From the NCBI GenBank assembly GCA_046563655.1, contig CM102290.1:12400001-12464000 (forward strand): 64,000 nt of DNA, given 5' to 3'. How positions within the stretch are numbered: position 1 is the first letter of the stretch; every line of letters begins with the position of its first letter. The position numbers and the translations under genes were made by a program. Below, one piece after another: positions 26,383 to 39,851 of this stretch. Below the pieces are notes generated by a model. It had not been told where the DNA came from and did not search any database. It saw nothing but the letters and a program-made list of their open reading frames with translations. The stretch is from Yuukianura sp. NJ FZ-2021 (Eukaryota).

Positions 26383-27790
26383 CTTAACACGCCAAAATCA
26401 ATTCTGATTGACATACGATACCATTGCTTAATGAACCGGTACATCTTAAATGTAAAACAATGATATTCTATGAAATTTAGTAAGTTTGGGAGTTCCAATT
26501 CCGCGTGTCAAGATAACTTTGGGCTGGTCTTAAAAGTTGTAAAACGAAAACAAACAATGGGTCGTTTACGTTATCTGAATGGACTAGACTCTGTGCTGGA
26601 ATACATAAGTTCATACCATGAATCATTGGACATCTCCTGTCTACGTACTCTACGGGAGGTACTTAACTGTAAGAGGGACTCCCACCGACACACTCTCAAT
26701 GATAAAATACATTTTACACACATTCCGAAATACTACATCAATACCAGAGTCAAGTGAAACCGATCATACAGAATCCATTCTCTCCCGAAAGCGACCAGGT
26801 TCAATTCTTGGACAGTAGAAAACTAAATTACAATTGCATAATTTTTGAAAAAAAAAAATTGGGAATTTGGTAAAAACTTACTTTTCATTTCGTGCTTGTG
26901 AAAATTCACGGTGATTCTCCATTTTCACTAAGTTGATTCAAAGTGTTTCAAAATTAACGGTTTCATAGTTTTTTAAAAAATTTAAATTTGGCGCGTTTCA
27001 TAAGTTCCGTTTTCCTTTGGTTTAGAGTGTGAAGTGACAATGTTTCGGCTCTGCCTTACTTTTTTTTTCTTTAAGCAGTCAATAGCAAGCGGTGAATAAA
27101 TTCACAACGGTTTGATAATTTGCAACGGTTTCATAAGTTTACAAAATTTCGACGCCTAAATTTTTTTTGCTCCATTTTTAAATTGAATGCTTCCTTAGCT
27201 TTATCAAGTTTTCTGGTGACTCAAATTCTTCGGCGTTTTACTTTCGTGACCTTTCACGTGACCTCCATAGCTAAAAGTGACCATAATTGACATTACGGTG
27301 ACCTCTTGTATTGCCTAAGTTACATTTCACATGAAATGATAAAAAGTAAAACGAACAAAAACTTTTGCTTTATAGTTTCTATTGAACTTTTTTCTTCTAA
27401 AAAAACTGAAAGCATTTACTTTCATTGTCAACATTCGTCCAATCAACAAAACTTTCACCACTTTTCATCGTTTTAGAACTTGGACTCCCGGATGGATACC
27501 GAAGGTAAGAGTTGTTATAGAACTTACCTGAATTATTTATTTGTAACCTACGATGAACGTGCATAACCAATAGATTCTGTGCAAATACACTTTAGAATTC
27601 CAATTTTGGATTATTCAGAAAACTCGAAACATGCCATTTTTAGAGTAAAAGTGGCCAATCTCTTTGGAAATTCTATTCCTTACAAAAACGATTTCCAGGT
27701 ATACACTCATACAAAACTTTTCATGTGGCAGGATTGACAAGTTCAAAAGCACCAGGGTCATTGACCTTCCGCCCAGATACTCTGTGTTCC

Positions 27791-28041
27791 CAAGGTTCGT
27801 AAAGAAAGAGAAACATTTCCAACACCAGGTTGTCCAATAACTAGGGTTTTTTAAATTTTTTGCCGAAATTTTCAAAAATGAAACCGGTTAAACTTTACCT
27901 CCATTTGTATATCAATTTTTGACTACTGTCCATTTTTTTTCTCTTATTCTATGCGATTTCGTCTGAAAAAATTGGGGGGAAAATCGTGAGTTATTGGACA
28001 ACCTGTTGTAGGAAATACAATTTGGTTGTCGAGGAACCTTG
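27791..28041. mobile_element. CAAGGTT-terminal MITE, subfamily A
   Basis: Family ends; 8-bp TSD tgtgttcc/tgtgctcc. Confidence 0.88.
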
Positions 28042-28646
28042 TGTGCTCCATTCTTCCAGAAACTTGGTTTTCCTTTGATTTGGACTAAAAAATAAGTTGA
28101 AATGGAAGCCGTTGGATACGACTCCTCGTGTCAACTGTTTCTCAGAAGATGAATGACTACAATTTATTTGAATCTGGCTTCTAGGAGTCGAGGAATCTAA
28201 AAAGTCTGGGAGAAAGTGCATGGAGAAAGTGAATTTCTAAGACAAGAGAGCCCCGACCTCTTGACCTTCTCTTTTTGCTCTATTTCTTATTAAGTCTCTA
28301 CTCATTACTCATTTCCATTGTTTTTGTCAACCTTATGCTTAAGGTTAGGTTGAATCTCTCACACTTCAGAGAGATTTATGGTTTTCATTTGAATTTCGGA
28401 CCTACAACTTGAACCATTTCAAACAATTACGCATGCTCCTGGTCGTACGTAATTCATTTCTGAAGTGGCCTACGATTAACTCAGAATTCACTTTATTGCT
28501 CCATTTTCTTAGTTGCATTTGTCATTTTGTTCAAATAATTTTTTGAATTTGGAGGGAATGCGAGTAACCCCAAAATATGAATTTCTGAGAACTCGGTCAG
28601 GTTCAGCTTCCGTCTGTCATGATTTGCATCATTTTAGTTGTCATTT

Positions 28647-28958
28647 TAGTGATTCAAGTTCGGACTCTAGAGTTCGAACCCCCAAACTCGAATTTGACTA
28701 TTTTTCTCGGTTCGAAGTTCGAACTTGAGGTAAAAGAGTTTGTATTTACATGTCAATATTTTTGTTTTAAGTTAGTTTATGAAAATAAAAGAATTCAATT
28801 ATAAAGGAAAGTGCATTTCTGATGTCAATCGCTAAACTGATCGGTTCAATTTTTCTTTCTCTGGCCATTGATTTTTGTATTTTATAAAAAGTTCGAAAGT
28901 TGGAACTTGCTTTTCGGAAGTTCGAACTTTTCGTGTCCGAAGTTAACTTGAAGCACGA
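28647..28958. mobile_element. Degenerate hAT-like MITE rich in GTTCGAA motifs
   Basis: Imperfect TIR tagtgattcaagtt / aacttgaagcacga; gttcgaa motifs clustered near both ends; TSD not clean. Confidence 0.5.
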
Positions 28959-30986
28959 GTTGTTATCTTGAAGCTGAACTTTGCGTAGAGCTTTTGCGTA
29001 TCTTGAGATACGGATACTCAAGAGTTGGCCAAAAACCTGGCAAAATTTGTTTTAGTGTGCAAAAACAGAATGTTTGCTCAGAGTAGTATTTGATAACGGT
29101 ATTGAGTACTTCCAGAACAAAGATGTCCTGAGGCCATTCAATTACAAAGCGAAAAAACAACAAGGACTTTCCTTGTCCAAATCCAAGAGCAGTAATACGC
29201 ACATGACGTCATCAAATACACACAATGGGTTTCATCCAATTGAAACTATTAAGACAATACTACATATTTATATTTATATACATATTTTTTTTTACATATT
29301 TTTACACTTTTGTCTTGATATCATATTCTCAGCAAAAAAAAAATGACCAGAATTTATCCGAAAAAAAAAGACAAATTTTGTTCAATTTTTTTTATCTTTT
29401 GATTTGTTTGACCAAACAAAATTTGAACAAATTTTTGCGTTATTTTAAGTTCAAAAACTTATCTCAATTAAAATGTCTGAAATTTCTGTTTCAAATGTTA
29501 AACTAAACAAAGAAATTTGATGCTTCAAATTTTGTGACCAACTTGTACGGATAATAGACCAATTTTTTTTATTGTAGTTTTGAAAACTTTGGTTAAAGGG
29601 AAAGCAATTAATGGAGTCTGATTATTAATTCAAACCGAAATGCCTCCACTTTCACCGCTTCCGTTTTTAAATAAACGCTTTTCAAAAGACTTTTCAGCTA
29701 GGCATGTTTAAAACGATTCCCAATAGGTCTGTTTAGAAAAACATACTAAATACTGTGCGTGTTTTTGAAAAAACCAATAGTTTAGGTCGGTCACCTTCAT
29801 GTTAAACGCTTTGAAAATGTTTAACTACGTAGAAGAAAAAACAGGTTGGAGTGGACGCTCACGCTACAAGTTGCACTTTGGGGAATTACAGGAGAAATTT
29901 ACTAAAGGCGGCGAGAGTCTAAAACAGTGGGGTTAAACAGGCTTGACGAAGCGACACATTTGAAAACAAAAGTTTGACCTTTCACCTTTCACTGGTTTTT
30001 TGGCTTTACATTAATTTAAAACTGCTGAAAAAGATTTTTGTGAACATTGAAGTAATATTAATGGTATTTACAAACAATTTTTTTTTAAATTGTTTTTAAA
30101 GCAGGCGAATGTTTTATTTTTTTTAGAAAGAAATAACTACCAGTCTCGTGCTAAACATAAACCTTATTAGGTTCCGTATTTCGCAGAACAAAAATTGGCA
30201 TCTTTTTTGAAGTAGTAATTCAAAAAGGCTGCTGCGGATGGAAACTCATCAGAAATATCCGAAATGAGTTTTTTGTTCGTTGCAGACGGACGAATAAGAA
30301 GAAAGGCGGAGGAGTGGTTGGCTAAATTCAATTTCACTTTCACTTCCAGAATAAAGTGAAAGTTGCCCATTCCCCAGCTCGCTTCCAGCCCAACATACTT
30401 CCAGCCTTCCAGCCCAACTTAGCTCCAGCCCCAGTTAAACACACCTTAGTCTCCTTGTGACTCTGAACTAAGGGGACTTCCAGCCTCTCCTAATTCCAAA
30501 CTACTAAATATTTGGTTTGCATTTGGACCTCTGAGCTCACTTTCACTCGCCCTGTCTCCTGTCCACTCTCTTCAACGGACTTTCTCCTTCCTATTCCACC
30601 TAAACCAAAGTGTTCCGGACAGGATTTGGCGCAGACGTGCTAAGGGCATGGAGAAACTCAAAAGGAGAAACCATGTGCCTTCCCTTGCCCAGTTGTGCAG
30701 CTAACAGCGAGCAGAAATCATCTGCCCCACCTTACTAGTACGTCCCACCAACATTTCAAATTTTGAACCTTCCCTGCGCCAAAAAACTTAGATTTTTGGA
30801 TTTCAAAATTACCTCAATTCAAGTACATTTGTGAATTTTTGTGTTTTGTTTAAGAAAGAAGGTGAAAGTGCTGATTCGTAGAAAGTGAAAGTGAGAGTGG
30901 CAGCAGAACTCGAGACTCTCCAGACATTACATAGTAAGGTCAATTCTGATCTTTCTGATATTTTAGGTTATGTTCTTTGGTAGAGC

Positions 30987-31209
30987 CAAGGTTCCTAAAC
31001 AAGAAGGAAACCTTTTCTACACCAGGTTGTCCAATAACTCGGAGTTTTAAATTTTGTTTGGAAGTAGCAAATCTGCCTTTTTATGGTAATTTTCTTGCAA
31101 GTAATTTAAATGGGATTGCGGTGCTAAAAGTTGTTTGAAAGTATCTGAAAACCCTGAGTTATTAGACAACCTGTTGTAGGAAATACAATTCGGTTGTTAG
31201 GGAACCTTG
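30987..31209. mobile_element. CAAGGTT-terminal MITE, subfamily A
   Basis: Family ends; perfect 8-bp TSD ggtagagc. Confidence 0.92.
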
Positions 31210-32375
31210 GGTAGAGCGTCCCAAAAAACGCGTCCCATAAGAATTTTTTTTTTCGTGCCAAAGTGAAAGTAGGTTAACAAAGAACCCTGAATTTGAAAAA
31301 CTCTTGATTCGCAATGGAGCACTCTAATTTGAGTTAACTTTTTGGTTAAGAAACATTTTTATGTTGTTTTTTTTTTGAAAAAGTTTTTTTTTTTGAAAAC
31401 GTAATGACTACTATTTCGTAGTTTTCTTGGTTGTGTACAAAGGGATTTATTTCTTGTTCCAAGAAAAGGCATAACACGAGAGTCAAAGTTTGAATCTCCA
31501 TGAACACAATGCTTTCACTTCTTGCTCCATCCAATTCAATTACTCCGACAAACTTTTAATAAGGTCTCACAAATAACTTTTTGGTTTAAGTTCAAAAGTA
31601 AGTTGCGAATGAAAAGTCAAAATGGAACATAAGAAAAGTAGTTACACAAAATGCTGCCAAGAAAACACAGAAAAACTTTAAAGACATTTTAACTCGTGTT
31701 TTTCAAACTGTTTCTTTGACGTCACGGGGCAAGCGGGGTTAAAGCGCCTTGCGATTCAAAAGTTTTTGTTAGTCCAAAAGTACTAATTGGAATGCTGGAT
31801 ACGCTCCTATGCTTAGTAAGTTAAGCAATTTGAAGTAATTGTCAATTGATTTGGAATTGGTCAAACCTTGATCATTATTCCAAAGTGGCATTTGACAACT
31901 ACTTGGAAGATACTTAGAAAAACCATGGCATCACTGTGCCACTGGAATGCAGTTTGAACGATCTATCGAACTTTGCAAGCAATTGACGCTGCAAGATCTT
32001 CATTGTCCTGACGGAACTCTCATGCACGGATACTTGTGGACGATACTGTCCAAGAACGTTGGTTTTATAAAGAACCAATCTCATTTACGTACAATACCTA
32101 AACTAACGAAAGTGATTTTTGGAATAAGCTTAGATTTGGGTTGTAAGTCTACTAGAAACTGATCCATGGACTCTACCGTCCACAAACGTCCGTTCAAAAA
32201 CGTCCAGAAATGGTCCATTCTTTGGAATATCTTTGTCCTCCAGCAGGCTCCTTTTCTTGGCACCACTTCAAAAAAGACTTCAGTTCCAGCAGAAGTGAAC
32301 CAAAGTCAATATGACTTCCAATCCAGTTAAGATCCCTATAACGTAACCTTAGCCTAACTTGCAACGAGCACGGTA

Positions 32376-32640
32376 CAAGGTTCTTTGACAACAAAAAGTG
32401 AATTTTCTTTAACAGGTTGGGTACTACCTCGCTTGTTGACAAAAAAACAAAAACAAAAAAATTAGTGCCAAGTGGTACCAATCCAAAAACTTAGTACCAA
32501 TTCGTATGCACAATTTAAAAAATTCGGCTTTATTGTTATCACTACAATGCCTTGAAAGGAAAATACACTTTTTCTTATAAAATCGGAAAGCATGAAATAT
32601 TACCTAGCTTGTTAAAGAAAATCGAACTCAACAAACCTTG
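32376..32640. mobile_element. CAAGGTT-terminal MITE, subfamily B
   Basis: caaggttctttgacaac...aacaggttgggtactacctcgcttgttgac...caacaaaccttg; degenerate 9-bp TSD agcacggta/ggcactgta. Confidence 0.88.
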
Positions 32641-33124
32641 GGCACTGTACTATGTCAAATTCAAATTCTGTTTGTGGCGGGCTCTTCATCCGGAAGTTAG
32701 GCTAGGTTTAACCTAATCTTGGTTTGAAGCGAAAGTGTGGAGTGTAGGTGAAGGTGAAAGGTCAATTGGAGAAGTGGTGATGGGGGAAGTGACAGAGTGA
32801 AAGGTGGTGAAAGTTAAGACTGGGCGGATGCCGAGGTTGGATGAGTCATGTTTGGACTGGGATTAGGCAAAGTTACGTTTATCACCTCTAAATAGGTTTG
32901 TGTTGTGGAGATGATGGGAGAGGGAGAGGAAAGCAAATGATGCAGATAATAGAACTTGAGGTCAAAGGTCACCCTGAGGACCAATTAAGTCCAATTAACT
33001 TGTCACTACTTTTCCCAATACCCATTTTTCCTCTGGAACAGGACACTTCCCAAGTATACTTGTGTCACCTCTCCAATAGATAGTCAAGTTTTCAGCTAGC
33101 ATTGCATTTGTCCAATCTCAATCT

Positions 33125-33340
33125 TTCACTTGAAAACTCGAAAGCTCATGAAAACTTGAAAACTGAAAACTTGAAAACCAATGTAAACTCGAACGTTAGT
33201 GAAAACTGAAAAATTAAAAGCCAGGGAAAACTTGCAAATCCATACAGAGTTGAAAACAAGTGAAAATTGAAAACTTGAAAACAAGTGAAAATTGAAAACT
33301 TGAAAACAAGTGAAAACTAAAACTTGAAAGCACTGATAAC
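33125..33340. repeat. Degenerate short tandem array of TGAAAAC-type units
   Basis: Repeated ttgaaaac / aagtgaaaa / ctgaaaac units. Confidence 0.8.
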
Positions 33341-34123
33341 CAAAAAATTCAAAAAAAAACTTTAAACTGCGGTAAACTTTTGAAACCCGTGTAACTTTTC
33401 CACCCATGTAAAAAAGTTCTACTAAAATTCGTCTGTACGTCTGTCAAAAGCTTCTGTCCACAAGTCGCCGTCCATTGTCGCTAACCCTAACCTAAAGCTT
33501 ACGAGTTAGGCTAGCAGCATTAAACTAACCTTAAGACGAAAATCCAAAATGGAAGAATGGGATTAAAAGAAACATGAGAAGCGCGGCAAAAGAACAAAAA
33601 CTGTTCATTTGAAATGTGACGTTGTTTCTTTTTTTTCATTGTTTCTGCGACCAGGATTTCTTGGGATCGTACAAGACTTTCGGCTTAGCTTTTAGCACTA
33701 GATAGAGCTACAGCTAGTGCTAAGAGCTGATGACGTACTAGTACTTCTGTTGAAACCTAACGAACATTCGTACTAACCTAACAAGGCGAAGATTGGAGTG
33801 GAAGAGAGACTTTGATCTAATCTCCCTTAACAATCCCCCGCCCCCTCATCCCCCCTTCAATTATTCCCATTAAAACACTCAGCTTCAGCCTCAGAACTTC
33901 ACTCTCGTAACAAACGGCTCCGCTTTCACCGCTTTCTTTCACTTCCTACAACGCTCGGATTAATTTCCAGCCTCAGACAACGTCATTCCAAGGGCTTTCC
34001 AACTCATCAGGTTGTTGGTTGTCCAATAGCATAAACTAGGCTAAACATTGGTTTAGGTTAGGGAGAAAATGAACAATAAAGTACAGGAGGACCACAAAAG
34101 TTAAATTGGATCCTAGGCCCGGT

Positions 34124-34375
34124 CAAGGTTCCTTGACAACGAAAAGTTAATTTTTTTACACAGGTTGGGTACTACTTCGCTTGTTGACAAAAGAGCGAAA
34201 AAAAAAATTAGTACCAATCCAAAAAAAAAAGAAGGTACCAATTCGTATGCAAAATCTAAAAAATGGCTGTGTTGTTATGACTACGATGCCTGAAATGAAA
34301 ATGGGATTTTTTTTAATCAAGAAAACATGAGGTATTACCCAACCTGTTAAAAAATATCAAAATCAACAAACCTTG
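34124..34375. mobile_element. CAAGGTT-terminal MITE, subfamily B
   Basis: Aligns end to end with the other B copies; TSD decayed. Confidence 0.85.
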
Positions 34376-35782
34376 GGCATGATTCATCTGCGTGACCTCT
34401 GACCTTCCAGAAAATCCGCTTAAAGCTCAAAGCCATTCTGATGTTTGAACTGATCAAACAGCATATAATGCTGGAATCTCCGTTCATGTCGGAATTCCAA
34501 ATGGGTGATGAACCATAAGCAAAGATGTAGTATGATAATCAGCTTGGCTTTTCTGGCGGTTGATTTGAAGCTTTTCGCTTTTGCCACTCTCGGAGTGCCA
34601 AATTTTGAAATGAAATTTGGTGTCTGTCGTCGTCACAAAAGCTTTTCGGCTCTCTGTTGGCATCAACGAAGGCTCGGAAGTTTGAATTTGGAATTATGTT
34701 TCCAGGGGCTTCTGCTCTCTTTGGATGTTGCGAGATTATAAAGTTGGTTGGTGGCGGAGAAAGTCGTTGGCTGTATAGATAGGTTCTAATCCCCTCTGTG
34801 GCATTTTCCCTGTTTCCTTTTCAAGGTAGAATTAAAGCATACTAATGCGCTAAGGACGAGTAATTAGGTCTTGCAAAGGAACCTCAATAAGAACACCGTG
34901 GTTTTACCGTACATTGGAAGAGTATGAGGTTGGTGGTGCACAGTAAAGGTTCTTAAGTTCCTAAAACTAAGAAGAAATAAGTGCCAAGATACGGCTACTC
35001 ATTTTAAAAATGTGTTTTGCAAACGTTGTAAAAAAAAATGATAAGGAATTGGAGCGAAGGGAAAGTAAAGTAATTTTTTTTCGAATAAATTCAAAGCTGA
35101 ACAACTTCTAAACTCGCCTTCCGTCAGAACCTCTTTAGTTCCGTACTCTCCGCTTCACAAGCAGAAAATTAGGTTGCGACAATTTCGTAATTTCAGATGC
35201 AAAAAGGAAGTTTTCATTTCATTAACACTTATTTACTTAAGAGTCTTGGGATGTGTCAAGTTTTTAACAAACGTAACTAATGTTGACAAATGCAGAAAAA
35301 AAAGAGCCATTTTTGAAGTTTTTTAAAGCATGTTGGATATTTTAATGGAGAAAAAAAATTGCAAGAGTTTCCTTTGTAGAAGCTACACTTTTTGTAAGAT
35401 TGTTTTCCAGAAATAAAATTCAATTTTGCTTGTTCCTTTTACTTTCCTAAAATAGATATAGGAACGAGTTTTTCGGCGGGAAATTAAATTGAATTGGTTC
35501 AGATGAGGATCTTATCGGTTCAAATTCATGACCGAATGGAACACGCTAGACAAACGCACAACGTACTTCCAGTACACGACATTTGATCAACAGAGCCTAA
35601 CAACTTATTTGAACTATCCAAATTAATGTAAAAATTTTTAATTTTTCATTTTTTAACTTTTTTTAAAAATTATTTTTAAAAAAAAGAGTAATTGAGTCGG
35701 GTAGCGTAGTGCCAAATTCTTATTCCAAGAATAGAATTCGATATTTACTGGCGGAAATGTACAGGATGTTCCAAACCAGTTC

Positions 35783-35985
35783 AAGTTTTCCCGCTGTTTC
35801 CTTCAATTTGCTTTTTCCGGTCTTTCTCAACTTGAATCTCATTTGCTCGCTTTTCCTGGAATTGACAGTGGTTTCAAACCATTCCTGAAATTGAATGTAT
35901 TTTCCCGCTTTTTCTAAAGTTGAATCTGCTTTCCCGTTCTTTCTGGAGTTGAATCTGTTATTTCACTTTTTCTGAGTTTAAATTT
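35783..35985. repeat. Degenerate ~29-bp tandem repeat (ttttcccgctttttctggagttgaatctg-like)
   Basis: Recurrent tttcccgct and ttgaatct units. Confidence 0.55.
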
Positions 35986-36419
35986 GTGAAACGAAAATAC
36001 AAAATTTTGGATTGGAGGACAAGGAATTCAGTTTCAATAGTTAGTTATGATCTAATCTGTGTTTAGCCAATTGTTGTAGAGGCAGTTGTGCCCTCCAACG
36101 CGTCAACCCTGTTTCTAGACTGAAGCATTTGTGTCCATTGTGCAGAGGAGGATGTGAAGTTGTTCTTAAATTCCTTCCTGCCGTGGGAATTAAATTAACA
36201 TTTCCCGGAAGAAAGCAGAGCCATTCCAGCCTTTCACTTTAACGCTATACGTTCCTCGCCCCACGGCTCGCAGCCACATAACGAACAAAACCCACCAAAA
36301 ATCATGAGCTCCACCAAGGCCTTAGGTTAGACTAAGTTTTCGGCTGCACGAGGTTTGAAAAATTCCGCGGAATTTAAACTGAACAAGCACATGCCCCGGG
36401 CTCTCTTCACCGCAATAAG

Positions 36420-36725
36420 CAAGGTTTCTCGACAACGGAATTGTATTTCCTACAACAGGTTGTCCAATAACTCAGGGTTTTCAAAAATCTAGCTTCAAAC
36501 AACTTTTCGCACCATTTTAGCACCAATTTTGTTTATACATTTTCCCCATTTTTTCAAACTTTGAACGCTTGAAATCGCGTAGAAATAAAATAAAGGTCTA
36601 AAAGAATTCAAAAAATGCCATACAAATGGAAATGTCACAGAAAACTTTGGCAAAGCATTGAAAAAAAAACCAAGCTATTGGACAACCTGGTGTAGAAAAA
36701 GCATTTTCTTTGTTTACGAACCTTG
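36420..36725. mobile_element. CAAGGTT-terminal MITE, subfamily A, opposite orientation
   Basis: Reverse-complement arrangement of the A ends; TSD gcaataag/gctataac. Confidence 0.87.
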
Positions 36726-37465
36726 GCTATAACGTTTCATAATCCCATTTCATCCTATACACTTTTACTGCTGAAACCAAAAAATAGTATTGGATTCGGT
36801 CCCACCATCGAATTTGGTCCCACCATAACCACCAACACCAAATATTTGATTTCTTCACCCAATTTCTCCCCTTCCTTTTCAATTTCCGTCCTGTTGGATT
36901 CAATTTTGGTTTAAATTGGTTGGGATTCAAATGAAGCAGGAGTGGGTAGAGTGTAGAATCAAATTAAAGCACCAAATTCAAAAACTCCCGCTTTCTATCC
37001 AATTGGAAACTACAGCCAATATGTCAGCAGCATGCAGCACTTGGGTGACGCCGGGTGATGGATTCGACGCCACAGCCGGAAGAAACTGACTTTCGGTTTG
37101 ACCGAGCTTTCGTTCCCGTAGCGGGTTCGAGAGCCTTACAACAAACACTCTGGGGAATTGTGCGCCACTTTTTTTTGAAAATAGTTTTTTCGAAAAATGG
37201 TTGCGACAACATCCTTTGCTCTTTTTTTTATCTTGCTTGTTCTGACTTGGAAGACGGACACCGTCCTTGATTGAATCCTGGGAAGATGGAAGGCACTTTC
37301 TCTTCCGCTTTCTATTTTTCTTTGATTTATCCACTGCATCTGTTCTTGTTCACCCAGGAAATATTGAATGTCTTTTGTGTAACATAACATAACAAGCAAT
37401 AGCCTAACCTCTAGCACCTAAAGGGCACTGTCCGCGTCTTTCTGCACCAAGAGATACCGTTTCGA

Positions 37466-37583
37466 TATCCTCAACTCGATACTTTTTATCCCGAGATAGT
37501 TTTCTAAGCGGATTCACCTATAGCTCCTCGGTATTCTCAACTGGATACATTTTATCCCGAGATAGTTTTCTAAGCGGATTTAC
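37466..37583. repeat. Local direct duplication, ~66-bp period, 2 copies
   Basis: ctcaactngatacnttttatcccgagatagttttctaagcggatt present twice. Confidence 0.8.
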
Positions 37584-38684
37584 ATCTAACCTCAACTTTC
37601 CTTTTTCAAAGTCTCTGAGCTTAAAAAAAATTGCGCTTCACGGTTACACAAATCGATCAAAACTCGTAAAAATCAAACAAATGCCAAACCCAAAGGTAGC
37701 AAAATTTCGAAATCAATGGAAAATCATGACGTAAAAAAATTTAATGACAACATCGTGCGATATCCAATCGATATTTCAATTTTATGGTGCGATATTTTCC
37801 AAAAACAAAGCCGATAGCTTTCAATTTAAAATTTTGAAAATAAATCAACGACAACTTAGTAAAATCAGCATTGAAAGTTGAATTTAAAAAAATAATTTGA
37901 AATGTAAATTTTGATAATTGATACACTGTTAGTTTTAAACATTAGTAAACGGTTTACTTTTTTTTGTCGTAAATGATTCCAATGAGTAGGATGAGGAATA
38001 GCGACTAATACTGTGTGATGTTGATTTGAGAGTGCAAAACGTCTTTAAAAGTTTGAAAACTTATGAAATCCAAGCTCCTTCTAACTATTACACTGAAATG
38101 AAGTAGGTTTGGAAGTGTCAACATCGTAATGAGTCGTATAGGAGGAAGGCTGAAATGGATTCCAAAAGAAAGTCGCTGATTGAGGCAACTCTCGTTGTCG
38201 CTCTCCTAATATTTCCCTCTGACAAAGACATAATTCTTTCCACAAACAAGAGTTAGGACTCTAGATTCTACAAGCTTTTATAAGGACAATGGGGAATTTC
38301 TACATGAAAAAAAATAGAAGTTTCTTTTGAAAAGACTTGTTATGATTCCTACCCATCAGTCATAGTCCCACCGCACGAACCCACGAACGCTGTTCCCACC
38401 ACCACACAATCCCACTTTCCCAAGGAAAGTCCTTAGGGAATCAATCCTTTCCAACTTTATTTACAACAGACATCATCCACCATTCTTCCCAAAGTGACAT
38501 TAAGCGCACCCAGCCACTCTCACTCTGCCACCCACAAAGAAATAGTAACCAGTCACTCTTGCACGGTCACTTGTGGACGACCCATGGACAGTCGTGTGGT
38601 TTATGAGCCGTTGATAAACACATAAATGAACGGTCATAAACTTTCTTACGTTATGTTATGTTTCTTTATGTGCATAGGTACGTA

Positions 38685-38973
38685 CAAGGTTACTATAGCG
38701 CCTATTTATCCAATTGCACTAACAGGTTATGCCATAACTCCGGTTTAAAAAAAAACACGAAAAAACAACTTTTGGACCAATTTTGTTTATTTTCACAATA
38801 ATCTTTTGAAATTTTTTAATTTTCACGTTGCTGAGCCATAGTTTTGATTTCGAATTGCTAACGCAACAGAGCCGTGTCAGATGTACGTTTCAAAAAATTT
38901 GAAAATTTAGAAAAGGATTTATGGTATAACCTATAAGAAAAAAACAAGCAAAATTTCGACTTAAACAACCTTG
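38685..38973. mobile_element. CAAGGTT-terminal MITE, subfamily D
   Basis: caaggtta...aacaggttatgccataa...ttatggtataacct...caaccttg; perfect 8-bp TSD ggtacgta. Confidence 0.88.
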
Positions 38974-39581
38974 GGTACGTAGGTGACCGTGCAAGAGCGT
39001 CTGGGAATGAAAGAAAGAAGAAAGTGTCAGACACTTTTGTCTGTTCCCAAAGAAATACGAACAACTTTATGTCAAAGGGTAAAAAGGACACACGCAAACC
39101 CACAACAACATACGGACGCTATTTCCGAATATCGCTCAGACAAACTTTTTTCTTCTCGCGCCAAGTCCTGTCAACATCCTTTTGTAACCTTCTTTTAGTC
39201 TGTTTTTCTTTATTCTGCTCTGTATGCCGTATTTGATAAAAATTTGACAAAGGAGAGTCGGAAAAGAGGCCAATGAGGACGGAACTTGACGTGGGACGTG
39301 GAGCGGCATTTTCAAAATCTCCATCTTTGTTGTTCTTAATTGAATTTGTGGGAATGTTGAAGCTGACGTGGAAAGGCGTGTTCCCCAAGGCTACTATGAT
39401 TACATTAACTGACTAATTGACTTCCTTGTTTTCTGTTTTATTCCAATTAAGGGCATGCGGTATACAGCAGAGTTAAAAGTTACCCAACCTTCCGAAAAAA
39501 AAACCTGACAAAAACCGGGAGAATTTCAAAATTTTTATGTTAAAGTACAAATTTATGCCTTATGGTAAGTTGCCAAAGGGA

Positions 39582-39851
39582 AAAGGTTCCTTCACAACGA
39601 AAAGTTAATTTTCTTTAACAGGTTGGGTACTACCTCGCTTGTTGACAAAAAAAAACGAAAAAGAAATTGCTACCAATTTTTGGTATCCAAAAGTAGCAAA
39701 AAATTGTTACCGATTCGTATGCAAAAATTTAAAAATTCGACTGTATTGTTATGACAACGATGCCCTGAAATGAAAAGACACCATTTTGCAAAATAAAAAA
39801 ACATGAGGTATTACCCAACCTCTTAAACAAAATCACAGTCAACAAACCTTG
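39582..39851. mobile_element. CAAGGTT-terminal MITE, subfamily B
   Basis: B internal sequence; perfect 9-bp TSD ccaaaggga; first base of TIR mutated. Confidence 0.88.
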
